From Malacoraja senta (taxonomy: Eukaryota): 64,000 nt of DNA. Where the stretch lies: the NCBI GenBank assembly GCA_038087875.1, contig CM075989.1:2356001-2420000 (forward strand), read 5' to 3'. Numbering within the stretch: position 1 is the stretch's first letter; the number at the start of each line of letters is the position of its first letter. The position numbers were made by a program, and so were the translations under genes. The notes beneath the pieces were generated by a model that was not told the origin of the DNA, made no database searches, and worked only from the letters and a program-made list of their open reading frames with translations. Shown piece after piece: positions 12,008 through 24,457 of this stretch.

Positions 12008-12850
12008 CACTCAGCCCCCTGCTTTACTCACTCTATACCCATGACTGCGTAGCCGGTCATAGTGCGAACTCCATCATCAAGTTCGCCGACGACACCACTG
12101 TGGTTGGACGAATCACAGATGGGGACGAGTCAGAGTATAGAAGTGAGATCGACCGACTGACCAAATGGTGCCAGCACAACAACCTGGCTCTCAACATCAG
12201 TAAGACAAAGGAACTGATTGTGGACTTTGGTAGGGGAAGGATGAGGACCCACAATCCTGTTTATATCAACATGGTGGAGATGGTGGAGAGGGTCAATAAT
12301 TTCAAATTCCTGGGCGTGCATATTTCCGAAGATCTTTCCTGGACCCAGCACACCGATGCAATTATAAAGAAGGCACATCAGCGACTGTACTTCCTGAGAA
12401 GATTACAGAGATTCGGCATGTCGAAGAGGATTCTCCTAAACTTCTACAGGTGCACGGTAGAGAACATTCTGACTGGTTGCATCGTGGCCTGGTTCGGCAA
12501 CTTGAACGTCCAGGAGCGAAAAAGAATACAAAAAGTGCACCATCCTGGCCACACACTTATCTCACCACTGCCATCGGGAAGAAGGTTCAGGAGCCTGAAG
12601 ACTGTAACGTCCAGGTTCAGGAACAGCTTCTTCACCACAGCCATCAGGCTATTAAACACATCGAATAAGCTCTGAGAACTGCAAAGGACTATATTATTAT
12701 ATGATATTTCCACTATATTTGTTATTTATTGAACTTTCTTTTTTTTCCTGATATATACAATGTTTACATATTCACATATTCTGTTGTGCTGCAGCAAGTA
12801 ATAATTTCATTGTCCCGTCCGGGACATATGACAATAAAACACTCTTGCCT
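12008..12850 (+). mobile_element. Rex1/Babar LINE 3' fragment (RT C-terminal part, internally deleted)
   Basis: LSPLLYSLYTHDC...IIKFADDTTVVG...KKAHQRLYFLRRL...RFRNSFF in ORF 11929..12675; 3' hairpin and AATAAA. Confidence 0.92.
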
Positions 12851-12851
12851 G

Positions 12852-12911
12852 ACACACTCACACACTCGCACACTCGCACACTCGCACACTCGCACACACG
12901 CACACACGCAC

Positions 12912-12998
<87 letters not shown>
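12852..12998. repeat. (CA)n microsatellite; its other half lies at about 11935-12010
   Basis: Direct inspection. Confidence 0.95.
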
Positions 12999-13000
<2 letters not shown>

Positions 13001-13857
13001 CATATCTGGTGTTGGAAACCTGGAAACCTTCAAATCGTGAGCAAGACTACTTTGACCACAGGCAGCATAAGCAGAACCTTTAGCCTCAGGCACTTCAATT
13101 ACATATTTTGAGGATGAAGTTGATATCTGCCATTTCAAGATATTTAGCAGCAGAAGGAGCAATTGTCTCCAGAGTACATCACGTAGTGAAACAGGACAAG
13201 GTGCATTATGTCCATCACACCATCAGACCAGCACATCCCAGTTCCACCACCGAGGAAAGACCTGATGCAGTGGCTCACAGTTCATAATCTTAACAATTCA
13301 GGGACTATCGCAACATTTAAGAAGCAATTGGACAGGTACATGGATAGGACAGGTTCAGAGGGATATGGGCCAGACGTAGGCAAGTGGGACTAGTGTCGAT
13401 CGGACATGTTGGTCGGTGTGGGCAAGTTGGGCCGTAGGACCTGTTTCCATGCTGTATGACCCTATGACCAGGGGAATTTTAACACACGACAGTAGAAAGG
13501 GTGATTGAGCTTTGCAAGGATAGAGGGAAATGAGTTGCATGGAGTATAACATGCTCAAAACACAAAGCACATTGATCAGACCAGGGTGACCAAGGTATGT
13601 TGCACTTGGATTCATCCTGTTTGTCTTTATGCTGATTACAGCAACTAGCCACTGCCAATTGCACTGTTTATTGCATTAAAATAGGCCCACAAGGTACAAT
13701 ATTGGAGACTGCAAACATGGACAGAGGCTAATTAGAACTGTTGGAGCCACAACTAAAACCCATAAAGGAGAAAATGAAAATCAGAACACAAAAGGGGAGG
13801 AGCATCCTGCCTGCCACTGGATTTGGTGATGCATCACTAACTTTGGGCCACTCCTTA

Positions 13858-14420
13858 AGGGCCTGTCCCACTTGGGCGATCTAATCCGCGAGTTCTGGCG
13901 AGTTTGCCCTCGACTCATACTCGCAGCATGGTCGACACAAGGTTGTAGGAGGTCTTCGTAACTCTCCTTCATGCTTGAGAGTGGTCTCCACGTACTCGAG
14001 GCCTCAGCTAGGTCGCGGAGTTTTTTTCAATATGTTAAAAAGTGCCAGCGAGTTAAAAAAAGGTCGCCATGGAAAAAATCGATACTTTTTTTACTCGTAG
14101 GTTTAGTTGTAGTAGGTCGTAGTAGGTCGGCATGTTAGTCGTAGGTAATCGAGGGTAGTCAAAGGTAGTCGTAGATAGTCTTCATCATAGTCAAAGGGAG
14201 GTCGAAGGAGATCGAAGGAGGATGAAGGAGGTCGTCTTCACTCTCCACTATTCGGTGTCCAATTTTCCCGAAGTTAGTCATAGCTAGTCGAAGCTGGTCT
14301 TCTACATAGTCGAAGGAGGTTGAAGGAGGTCTTCCACAGAGTCGAAGGAGGTCTTCAACATGTCATTTTTTCAAACTCTTCTAAACTCGCCAATTAGATC
14401 GCCCAAGTGGGACAGCCCCT
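13858..14420 (-). mobile_element. PIF/Harbinger-type MITE, family A (563 bp), inverted relative to 11379-11821
   Basis: TIRs AGGGCCTGTCCCACTT...AAGTGGGACAGCCCCT, TTA TSD; body is the reverse complement of copy 1 plus extra GTCGAAGGAG-type repeats. Confidence 0.9.
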
Positions 14421-15149
14421 TTAGAAGCCAAACCACATCATATCATGTCAATGGGAAAACCTTGCCCAAGCATTGCTGGAGGAACACAGCGGGTCAGGCA
14501 GCATCTGTGAAGGGAATGGATCGGTGACGGTTTGGGTCAGGACCCTTTTTGATACAAAGACTGGCAAGTGATGGGTGAACTTCTCCAATATCCAATGCCT
14601 CCACCTCGCCTCCCCTCTTCCCCCCTGCCCTCCACACTCCAGTCCACACTCACTTCTCCCACCTCCTTCACCACTCGTCATCCTGCTCCTCTTCCATTCT
14701 TCTGTATGTTCATCTCATCCCAGAATCCCATATTTCCCTTTTATCCCCCTCTTTTCCTCCCCCTATGTCCTCTTCCAGCCGTATCCCTCCTTTACATATC
14801 ACTTCTCTTCTTTCATTATCTGCCACCATTTTGTTTCCTTTTCACCTCTAGCCTTTGTCACTTACTCCACCCATCAGCCAATCACCCCATTCACTCATAT
14901 ACACTCATCACCTACTTGCCAGGCTTTGCCCTACCCCCTCCTCTCTTGTCCAGCTCTCTCCTCCCTACTACTATCAGTCTGAAGAAAGGTCCTGACCCGA
15001 AACATCATCTGTTTCCTTCCCCCGCAGATGCTGCCTGACCAGTTGAGTTCCTTTGGGATATTTTTGCTCAGGATTCGAGCATCTTCAGTTTCCTGTACCT
15101 CCTAGAAAACATTGCCACCGGCAAAATACTTTGCAATGTTGGACACAAT

Positions 15150-15750
15150 AGAATATGTTGACATGAGTACAGAAATTGGGAGGTCGTGTTGCAGTTATAT
15201 AAAACGTTGGTGAGGCAGCAGTTCTGGGCACCATCTTATAGGAAAGATGCTGTCAAGCTGGAAAGGGTGCAGTGAAGATTTACGAGGATGTTGCCAGGAC
15301 CCGAGGGTCTGAGCTACAGGGAGAGGTTAGGCAGGCTAGCACTTTATTATTTGGACCACAGGAGGATGAGGGTTGATCTTATAGAGATGTAAAAAATCAT
15401 GAGAGGAATAGATCGAGTAGATGCAGAGAGTCGCTTGCCCAGAGTAGGGGAATTGAGAACCAGAGGACATGGGTTCAAGGAGAGGGTGAGGGGGGGGGGG
15501 AGATTTAACAGGAACTTGAGGGGTAACTTTTTCACACAAAGTTTATGGAACGAGCTGTCAGAGGAGGTGGGTGAAGCAGGTACTATCTAATGTTTAAGAA
15601 ACATTTAAACAGGTACATGGATAGGACAGGTTTAGATGAATATGGGCCTAGCGCAGACAGGTGAGACTAGTGTACATGGGACATGTTGGTCGGTGTGGGC
15701 AAGTTTAGCCGAAGGGCCTGTTTATATGCTGTATGACAATGAGTATGACA
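15150..15750 (+). mobile_element. CR1 LINE 3' fragment
   Basis: Degenerate LYKTLVR...FTRMLPG...MRGIDRVDAE...RGNFFT plus 3'UTR. Confidence 0.85.
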
Positions 15751-16164
15751 TTATAAGCATGTTTTTTTTTATTTTACACATAGCTCACCCACTGAAAAAC
15801 AAAACATTGTTACCTACAAAAGCCCAAAATGTGAAAATATATCCAAAGATAAAAGCACCAGCTCATGATTAGACAAGAACCCTAGAAAAAGAAAGATGTA
15901 GGATCCGTGAGGATGATTAAATGAAAGCGACCATAACAAGACCAGCCAGCATCACGATGAACACAGAACTTGCAAAGGAAGCTAACAGTTGTAAGAAGGA
16001 ATTACTACCCGCAGAGAAAAACTGAAGAAGATACAGGTTCTAGTACTCTCAAAGAAACAGTGAAATTGAGCCCCGATAATGGAGCAAAGGACAAACGGTT
16101 CCATATATGTGGTGCTAAAGCTACAGAGAGGCACACCTTCGCAGCAGGCATGAATTGAATGAGA

Positions 16165-16505
16165 ACTGTACAAAATCATGAGAGGAATAGATCGGGTAGA
16201 TACACAGTCTCTTACCCAGAGTAGGGGAAATGAAGACCAGAGGACATAGGTTCAAGGTGAAAGGGGAAACGATTTAATAGGAATCTGAGCGGTAACGTTT
16301 TCACACAAAGGGTGGTGGGTGTATGGAACAAGCTGCCAGAGGAGGTAGTTGAGGCAACATTTAAGAAACAGTTAGACAGGTACATGGATAGGACAGGTTT
16401 GGATGGATATGGACCAAGCGCAGACAGGTGGGACTAGTGTAGCTGGGCCGGTGTGGGCAAGTTGGGTCGAAGGGCCTCTTTCCACACTGTATCAGTCTAT
16501 GACTC
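16165..16505 (+). mobile_element. CR1 LINE 3' fragment
   Basis: Same family as 9895-10335. Confidence 0.85.
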
Positions 16506-16640
16506 GATGAACTGGGAACATACTGGTCAAACGTACTCAGTGGGGATTTCTGCCGAAGGCAGCAATCTAGAGGGATTTTGGATAGATGATGAATGTAGGC
16601 AAATGAAAACAATGGTGTCAGTAAGTGCGTTGGATCTCAC

Positions 16641-16981
16641 CTCCCGCACCCTTTAAGACAATCTGGGTGTCCAGTGGTCGGCCGGGGGCACAGAGCATGA
16701 GCGGTGGCTGCATAGGATGAGGATGCCATGTTCGTGGGTGGAGGTGTGGTAGGAGTGGGCCTCTGGAGGATCTGTACATGCCTGGGGCTTGAGTGAATCG
16801 CACGTCGTTCCAAGAGGCCGAGCACATGGATCGGTCATGGCCCACAGCGGCACGGAGTGGCAGAGCAGTGACGGAGGACATTGACTTCATCATCTGGCCA
16901 GCAACTCCAAACACAAAGTCACCGCCAGGCCAACGAGTCGTTATGTCCAAGATAAGCCTCGACAATTTTAACAACCTTATC
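16641..16981 (-). CDS. Candidate internal coding exon (IRLLKLSRLILDITTRW...PLDTQIVLKGAG), unidentified gene; 5' boundary uncertain
   Basis: GC-rich unique island inside the 164-aa ORF 16618..17112; donor GGAG|GTGAGA in phase 1; acceptor CCTTCAAG| (or CTGGCCAG| near 16894). Confidence 0.5.
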
Positions 16982-17435
16982 CTTGAAGGGTTCAAAAATG
17001 CTCCAGAACTATGATCACTCTTATGTACTGCCTCAGTGTAATCTACTATTGCTACACACTTGTAGTTAAGTATAATTGTCCTGCGTAGGATAAGACTTTT
17101 ACTGCACTGCATGCAAAAAAGGAATGTTACTGTACCTCGCTACATGTGACAGTACTTTACCATTGAACCATTGAAATGCTATTGAAACAAGTGATTGCAG
17201 ATTCCATGTGATTGTTTCAATCCCTAACCACAGCTTGAAATTGCTTTCTCAGTGCAGAAGGTCAAGACTGTGGGCTGTTGCGTTAGGGGGAAATATTAGT
17301 GTGTGGAGAAATCAGATGGCCAATGTAGAACGTATTGAGTGTGACATGATTGTGTTAGGATTTTAGGCTATCAGTCAATTTGCTAGCATTTTTGTTTTCG
17401 GTTAATTAATAGAACTATTATCGGGAACAGAAATG

Positions 17436-17646
17436 GGGCGGCACGGTGGCGCAGCGGTAGAGTTGCTGCTTTACAGCACCAGAGACCCGGGTTCGATCCT
17501 GACCACGGGTACTTGTCTGGTCGGAGTTTGTATGGAGCATGACCTGCGTGGGTTTTCTCCGAGATCTTCGGTTTCCTCCCACACTCCAAAGACATGCAGG
17601 CTTGTAGGTTAATTGGGTTGGTATAAAATCTTTTTAAAATTGTCCC

Positions 17647-17692
<46 letters not shown>

Positions 17693-17785
17693 GATAGTGT
17701 TAATGTGCAGGGATTACTGGTCGGCGTGGTCTCAGTGGGCCAAAGGGCCGGTTTCCATGCTGTATCTCGAAACTAAACTAAAAAC
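17436..17785 (+). mobile_element. Full-length tRNA-derived SINE (HE1/V-SINE-like) with internal (GT)n expansion
   Basis: GGCGGCACGGTGGCGCAGCGGTAGAG head, GGGTTCGATCC B box, CR1-like tail, (ACTAA)n. Confidence 0.9.
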
Positions 17786-18034
17786 TAGACTGCTTTAAAC
17801 ATACCCGAAACGTCACCCAATCCCTCTCTCCAGAGATGCTGCATGTCCTGCTGAGTTACTCCCGAATTTTGTGTCTATCTTCGGTGTAAATCAGCATCTG
17901 CAGATCCCTTCGAGACTGCTTTCGCTAATATATGGCCAGGTCACAGGGTCTCGAGAAATTCCCGGGCCAGAACAGGTGATCTGCATACAGGAATTTACTG
18001 CTGGGAATGTTTCTCCCAGCCATCCCAACCAAGA

Positions 18035-18630
18035 ACTTTTTTCCTTGGAGTGCAGATGGATGAGGTGTGATCTTATAGAGGTGTATAAAATCATGAGAGG
18101 AATAGATCGGGTAGATGTACAGAGTCTCTTGCCCAGTATAGGTGAATCTAGGACCAGAGAACATAGGTTTAAGGTGAGGGGGGAAAGATTTAATAGGAAT
18201 CTGAGGGGTAACTTTTTCACACAAAGGATGGTGGGTGGATGGAACAAGCTGTCAAAGGGTGGTGAATCTGTGGAATTCATTGCCACAGACATTGGTGGAA
18301 GTCGTCAATGGACATTTCTAAGGCAGAGATAGATAGATTCTTGATTAGTACGGGTGTCAGGGGTTATGGGGAGAAGGCAGGAAAATGGGGTTAGGAGGGA
18401 AAGATAGATCAGCCAATATGGAATAGTGGGATAGACTTGATGGGCCGAATGGTATACTGCTCCTATCACTTATGAATGTGTGAATATTTAAAAAGCAATT
18501 AGACAGGTACATGGATAGGATAGGTTTGGAGGGATATGGGAGGTGGGCTTAATGTAGCTGGGACATGTTGGTCGATGTGGGCAAGTTGGGCCAAGATGCC
18601 TGTTTCTGCACTGTATCACTCTGTGACTAT
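18035..18630 (+). mobile_element. CR1 3' fragment with a second CR1-family 3' end nested at about 18256-18480
   Basis: DLIEVYKIMRGIDRVD...RGNFFTQR peptide; two different 3'UTRs in series. Confidence 0.8.
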
Positions 18631-18782
18631 CAGTTCAGCTCAGAATGTGAACAGATCAGTCACATCCCCCAATAATCTCTGAACACCAATTTTCCAACCA
18701 CATGCTCTCGCTGGCAAAGCCAATTCCCCTCTCTGACTCCTAATTCCACAGGGGTCTGAATCTCCAAGCCCTTCTGTCCCAG

Positions 18783-18847
18783 GATAGCCGCCTCTTCCAT
18801 CAACCACGACCCAGCAAGAGTTCTCAGCGCACCCAGCCTGCTAAACG
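18783..18847 (+). CDS. Candidate exon (alternative acceptor at 18752)
   Basis: Acceptor CCCTTCTGTCCCAG|, donor ACG|GTGAGA, open frames (IAASSINHDPARVLSAPSLLN or DSRLFHQPRPSKSSQRTQPAK). Confidence 0.3.
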
Positions 18848-19574
18848 GTGAGAGGTCTCTCACACAGTGATCGCCAAATATATCTGGCTAAGCTGGGACT
18901 CAGTGAGGAGCGGGAAATAGCAAAGGATCCGGTGAAATAACTTGTGATGAATTAATGATCGTTCCCCAGACAGATAACAGCAAAGTAATTCATTTAATTG
19001 CCAAAAATTGTCTGAAAAGAGCCATATTGAAGTTGTAGTTGTACAGAGGAATGAAAGAAAATACTACACGGCAGAGCCTGAAATGTTTCTATCGCACTCA
19101 ATGGCAAACTACTTAGTGGCATTGCTTGGAAATGAGGACAAGTGATCCGCTTCAATTGTGACATTCCATGGCAAGCTAATGAAACGCTTTGCTGCCTTTG
19201 TGTAATTTGCTGTGACTGCTACAAGTTTGTTTCAACTGAAGCAGTGAATGTACAAGTTGCTGCAAGGACCTCAACATAATTCATAATCAGCTCAGCAATG
19301 AGTAAGGTTTTAAACATTTTGCATAAGATTGCTTCACATCACACGGCACATATTTGAAGACCGGGGCATTTTCAAATTAACTGGAAATATTCCTCACCTT
19401 TAGACCTTTAGATTAGCTGAAAGATTTCTGGTTCTATTTTCATCAGTCCCTTTTGGTTCTATGATGTTTTCTTAAATAACCACGTAATATTTGCTTTCCG
19501 TGATTCTGTAGATCATTAGATTCAGATTCACTGCTCCAAATCTGACCACATAACTCAATAAATCAGCAAACTAC

Positions 19575-19953
19575 AGTCTACATCGTAGAGTGATACATTG
19601 TGGAAGCAGGCCCATCGGCCCAACGTGCCCACACTGGCCAACATGTCCCAGTTACACTAGTCCCACCTGCCAGCATTTGTTCCATATCCCTCCAAACCTG
19701 TCCTATCCATGTACCTGTCTAACTGTTTCTTAAATGTTGGGATAGTCCCAGCCTCAACTACTTCCTCTGGCAGCTCGTTCCATACACCCGCCACCCTTTG
19801 TGTGAAAGGTTACCGCTCAAATTCCTATTAAATCTTTTCCCCTTCACCTTAAACCTATGTCCTCTGGTCCTCGATTCCCCAACTCTGGGCAAGAGATTCT
19901 GTGCGTCTACCCGATCTATTCCTCTCATGATTTTATACATCTCTATAAGATCA
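19575..19953 (-). mobile_element. CR1 LINE 3' fragment
   Basis: ORF 19758..19940 MYKIMRGIDRVDAQNLLPRVGESRTRGH. Confidence 0.88.
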
Positions 19954-21073
19954 ACATTGATCGGACTTCACTGGCTTTACCTTGCACCTTACCTTATCAT
20001 GTATTTGTACACTGCGCATGGCTGGATTGTAATCATGTATTGTCTTTCCGCTGGCTGGTTAGCATGCAACAAAAGCTTTTCACTGTATCTCGGTACATGT
20101 GACAATAAACTAAACTGAACTGAACTGAAATCTCAGAATTATCTTGCCCTTCGTTCTATCCCAAATTATGTTACATTGGAAGCATAGTTGAATTTTCCTC
20201 TTTGTGGCGGTATTTGGATAGGTTTCTGCACACTCCTTTATTACACATGCATGTCTGAGCATCAACATTTAGCACCCATGTTGTAGACAGGAATTCCAGC
20301 ACCCAAATGCAATTAAAAATGTCACCATCAATGCTATAATGATATTCAAAGACTAAAGATACCATAAAGGAGAAGAACAGTTCACAGAGAGAACATTGAC
20401 CACAACCAACCTATTTGATTCCAATTCATCCTTCGTTAGTTCACTTCATTGTCATGTATATCGAGGTACAGTGACAAGTTTTTTGTTGCGTGCTATCCAA
20501 TCAGTGTTTAGATTATACATGGTTACAATCGAGCTGTCCACAGTACAGATACAGGATTAGTGGAATAAGTGCTAGATAAAGACCAGTGAAGACCGATTAA
20601 AGATAGTCCAAGGATCATCGAACATAGAACAGTACAACCCAGGAACAGGCCCTTCAGCCCACAATGTCTATACTGAATATGCTGGCAAGATAAATTAATT
20701 TTCTCTACCTGCATGAGATCCATATCCCTCCATTCTCTGCAAATCCACGTGCCTGTCTAATAGCCTTTTAAACACCACATCCATATCTGCCTCCACCACA
20801 ACTTCTGGCAGTTCGTTCCCGACACCCAAAACCCTCTGTATAAATACACTTGCCCCACACATCAACACACATGGGTGTCACGGTAAAGTTGCTGCCTTGC
20901 AGCCCCAGGGACTCGTGTTCAATCCTGACCATGAATGCTGTCTGTACATTGTTCGTACGTTCTCCCCGTGACCTGCGTGGGATTTCTCCGGGTACTCCGG
21001 TATCCTCCCATACTCCAAAGACGTACAGGTTTGCAGGTTAATTAGCTTGGTGAAAGTAGTAGATTGTCCCTAG

Positions 21074-21273
21074 NNNNNNNNNNNNNNNNNNNNNNNNNNN
21101 NNNNNNNNNNNNNNNNNNNNNNNNNNNNNNNNNNNNNNNNNNNNNNNNNNNNNNNNNNNNNNNNNNNNNNNNNNNNNNNNNNNNNNNNNNNNNNNNNNNN
21201 NNNNNNNNNNNNNNNNNNNNNNNNNNNNNNNNNNNNNNNNNNNNNNNNNNNNNNNNNNNNNNNNNNNNNNNNN
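21074..21273. other. Assembly gap (200 N); a SINE is truncated on its left side
   Basis: Run of N. Confidence 0.99.
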
Positions 21274-23065
21274 TGGACAACTGCTTTTCATGACGTGGTT
21301 TCCTCCAGATTGTGGAATTGAAGATTGATTGAAATTTACAGATTGGAAACAGGCCCTTCGGCCCACAAAGTCCAGGCTGACCATTGACCTTCTGGCTCAC
21401 ACTAGTTCTATGTTATCCCACCTTCGCATTCATTGGGGCAATTTACACAGGACAATTAACCGACAAACCCACACGTCTTTGGGGATGTGGGGAGGAATCC
21501 GGAGCACCCGGAGGAAACCCATGAGGTCGCAGGCAGACAGACGCAAGAAATTGGAGTAACTCAGCGGGTCAGACAGCATCTCTGGAGCAAAGGAATAGGT
21601 GATGTTTCAGGTCATGACCCTTCTTCAATGTCACGAGGGAGAGCGTGCAAACTCCACACAGACAGCACCCGAGGTGAGGATCAAACCCATGTCTCTTGCG
21701 CTCTGAGGCAGTGGCATCATTGTGCCTCTTCATTCAGTTGTTGCTTTATCTGTATAATTTCCACTGCCTATACTCTTATAATGTAATTCCATACAAACTC
21801 GGGTATGTGACACCTCATCGTTTGTCCAGGCCCATCTGAATACAAGATCAACTTTGACAATTGACATCATCAGCATTTCTATTCCAGATAGATCAGTATT
21901 CATGGTGTTAAAGAAGGAACTGCAGATGCTGGAAAATCGAAGGTACACAAAAATGCTGGAGAAACTCAGCGGGGTGCAGCAGCATCTATGGAGCGAAGGA
22001 AATAGGCAACGTTTCGGGCCGAAACCCCTTCTTCAGAACAGGTATTCCCCTGTTCATTGTATAGGATGATTCCGTTTCCCATTCACACTTCCTCCACACC
22101 GACGTTCATGATTCTTATCTCTTCCCCCACCCTCTTTCATGTTCATAAGTGAGAGATGCAGAATTAGGCCATTTGGCCCATCAAGTTTAGTCTGCCATTC
22201 AATCATGGCTGGTCCATCTCTCCCCTCCTAACCCCATTCTCCTGCCTTTTCCCCATAACCCCCTGACACCCGTACTAATCAAGAATCTATCTATCTCTGC
22301 CTTAAAAATATCCAATGACTTGGCCTCCACGGCCAGTGGCAATGAATTCCACAGATTCACCACCCTCTGACCAAAGAAATTCCCTCCTCATCTTCTTCCT
22401 ATAGGAACGTCCTTTAATTCTGGGCCTATGACCTCTGGTCCTAGACTCTGGAGGAAACATCCTCTCCACATCCACTCTATCCAGGCCTTTCATCATACAC
22501 TATCACCCCCGATCTGTACAATTAAACTGTCAACTACCCTCCTCTGGCAGCTTGTTCAATATTGTTCCATGTGTGAAAAAGAGCAATGTTCCAATGGTCC
22601 AATGGTTCCATAATATCACGTACGTTCAGCACAGTGAAATTCTTTTGCACAACCCACAATTGCACAGTCACCATATTTTGGCGCTGGTTACAAGAAAAAG
22701 TCCAGATTCCAAAGTCCAATGACCAGTCCACATGCTGGAGTACTGAAACACCGCTGATCCAGGTCAGGCCAGGCTGCAGCAGGCCCTCAGATTCCTATTC
22801 AATCTTTCACTCTCTAACCTTCAACCTGCGTCCTCTGCTTCTTAATTCCCCCAACACGGGCAAAAACTGTGCATTTTACCCTATCTTTTCCCATGAGGAG
22901 TATTTCCTGAACACATTAAAGTAACCATTCACCTGAAGAAGGGTCTCAAACCAAAACGCAGAGATTCTGCCTGAGGTGCTGAGTTACTCCAGCATTTTGT
23001 GTCTATCTTCGGTTCAAACCAGCATCTGCAGTTCTTTCCTAACCATTGTATGACATTGTTTTGTT

Positions 23066-23492
23066 GTTAGTTAAGAGATACAGCGCGGCAACAGGTCCTT
23101 TGGCCCACTGAGTCTGCAACTGAGCAGCGATCCCCGCACACTAACACTATCCTAATGCACTATGGACAATTTACAGTGTGTGTAGTTCACGGTGGCACAG
23201 CGGCTAGAGGTTGCTGCCTTACAGCGAATGCAGCGCCGGAGACCCGGGTTCGATCCTGACTACGGGTACTTGTCTGTACGGAGTTTATACGTTCTCCCCG
23301 TGACCTGCGTGGATTTTCTTTGAGATCTTTGGTTTCCTCCCACACTCTAAAGACGTACAGGTTTGTAGGTTAATTGGCTTGGTAAATGTAAAAAGTGTTC
23401 CTAGTGTGTGTAGGATAGTGCGAGGATCGCTGGTCGGTGCAGACCCGGTGGGCCGAAGGGCCTGTTTCCATGCTGTATCTCTAAACTAAACT
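23066..23492. mobile_element. Minus-strand SINE tail followed by a full-length plus-strand SINE (23189-23492)
   Basis: A/B boxes, conserved body and (ACTAA)n tail. Confidence 0.85.
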
Positions 23493-24245
23493 AATCTGCA
23501 GATGCCGGTTTACATCTTCAGACCTCTTCAGCTCTAGAGACTTCTTCAAGTCTGAAGAAGGGTCTCGACCCGAGACGTCACCTATTCCTTCTCCCCAGAG
23601 ATGCTGCCTGTCCCACTGAGTTACTCCAGCATTTTGTGTCTATCTTCAGGCCAATGACCCTTCTTTACAAACCTGTACATCCTTGGAGTGTGGAAGAAAC
23701 TTGAGCTCCCAGAGAAAACCCGCGCAGGTCACGGGAGAATGTACAAACTACATACAGACAAGCACCCGTAGTCAGGATCGAACCTGTCCTTTGTTCCCAA
23801 GCTCTGGGATGCACACGAGAGGGGCTGTAGCCAAGACTGGAAGATGGGGCAGGGGAACCTGACGGCAACCAGGAATAAAATCGCACAGTCACACAGGTGA
23901 AACTAGTGATTGAAAATTCAAAAGCAGAGTGAGGCCTAATCCTGAATTTTAATGAGACTCTCCGCACTGCATCAACAAGCCCAGCATCTGAAACAATAGG
24001 AGGCCTTAAATAAACACCAACACCACCAGAAAATAGTCAAGGACATCAACAGGTCAGGAAGAGCAGACAAGCTCAGATCTACCACTTACCCAGCATTCAT
24101 TATTTCACGTTGCAGTAATCAGTAATTATTTGTAATTATTATAATTAGTTTGTCAAATGAGCAGCTGAATTTCATGCACGTTAATACATAGCTGGATCCA
24201 GTATTTTCCGGTCATTGCAATTTCCGATGCAATTCTTGCAATCAG

Positions 24246-24457
24246 GATCGTTCAACCGCACTCATCAACATTCATTAGCGGCCCCACTTTCAGCACGGAG
24301 GCAAAGGGAAGGCTTGCATTTCCATGACACTGTTCCCATCCCTCCTGGAATGTCCTCAATGTACTTCACAGATAACGTGATACTCTTGCAAAGCAGCCTT
24401 ACAGAAGCAGTCCGCAGACAAGTGGAAAACATGGCCATGAGCAGATACACGGTTTAG
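24246..24457 (+). CDS. Candidate exon (SFNRTHQHSLAAP...LLQSSLTEAVRRQVENMAMSRYT[V*])
   Basis: Acceptor TTCTTGCAATCAG|, 70-codon open frame in unique sequence; either terminal or spliced at a weak donor ACG|GTTTAG. Confidence 0.3.

Noticed and set aside
15917..16021. Minus-strand hydrophobic peptide FFSAGSNSFLQLLASFASSVFIVMLAGLVMVAFI* as an alternative membrane-anchoring last exon
   Set aside because: It needs phase 0 but the nearest upstream donor (16641) is phase 1; T-rich DNA gives hydrophobic peptides by chance.
17436..17505. tRNA-like A/B boxes as tRNA genes
   Set aside because: They are always followed by the SINE body and CR1-like tail, so they are SINE heads.
21038..21400. ORFs spanning this region
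   Set aside because: Artefacts of translating through the N gap.
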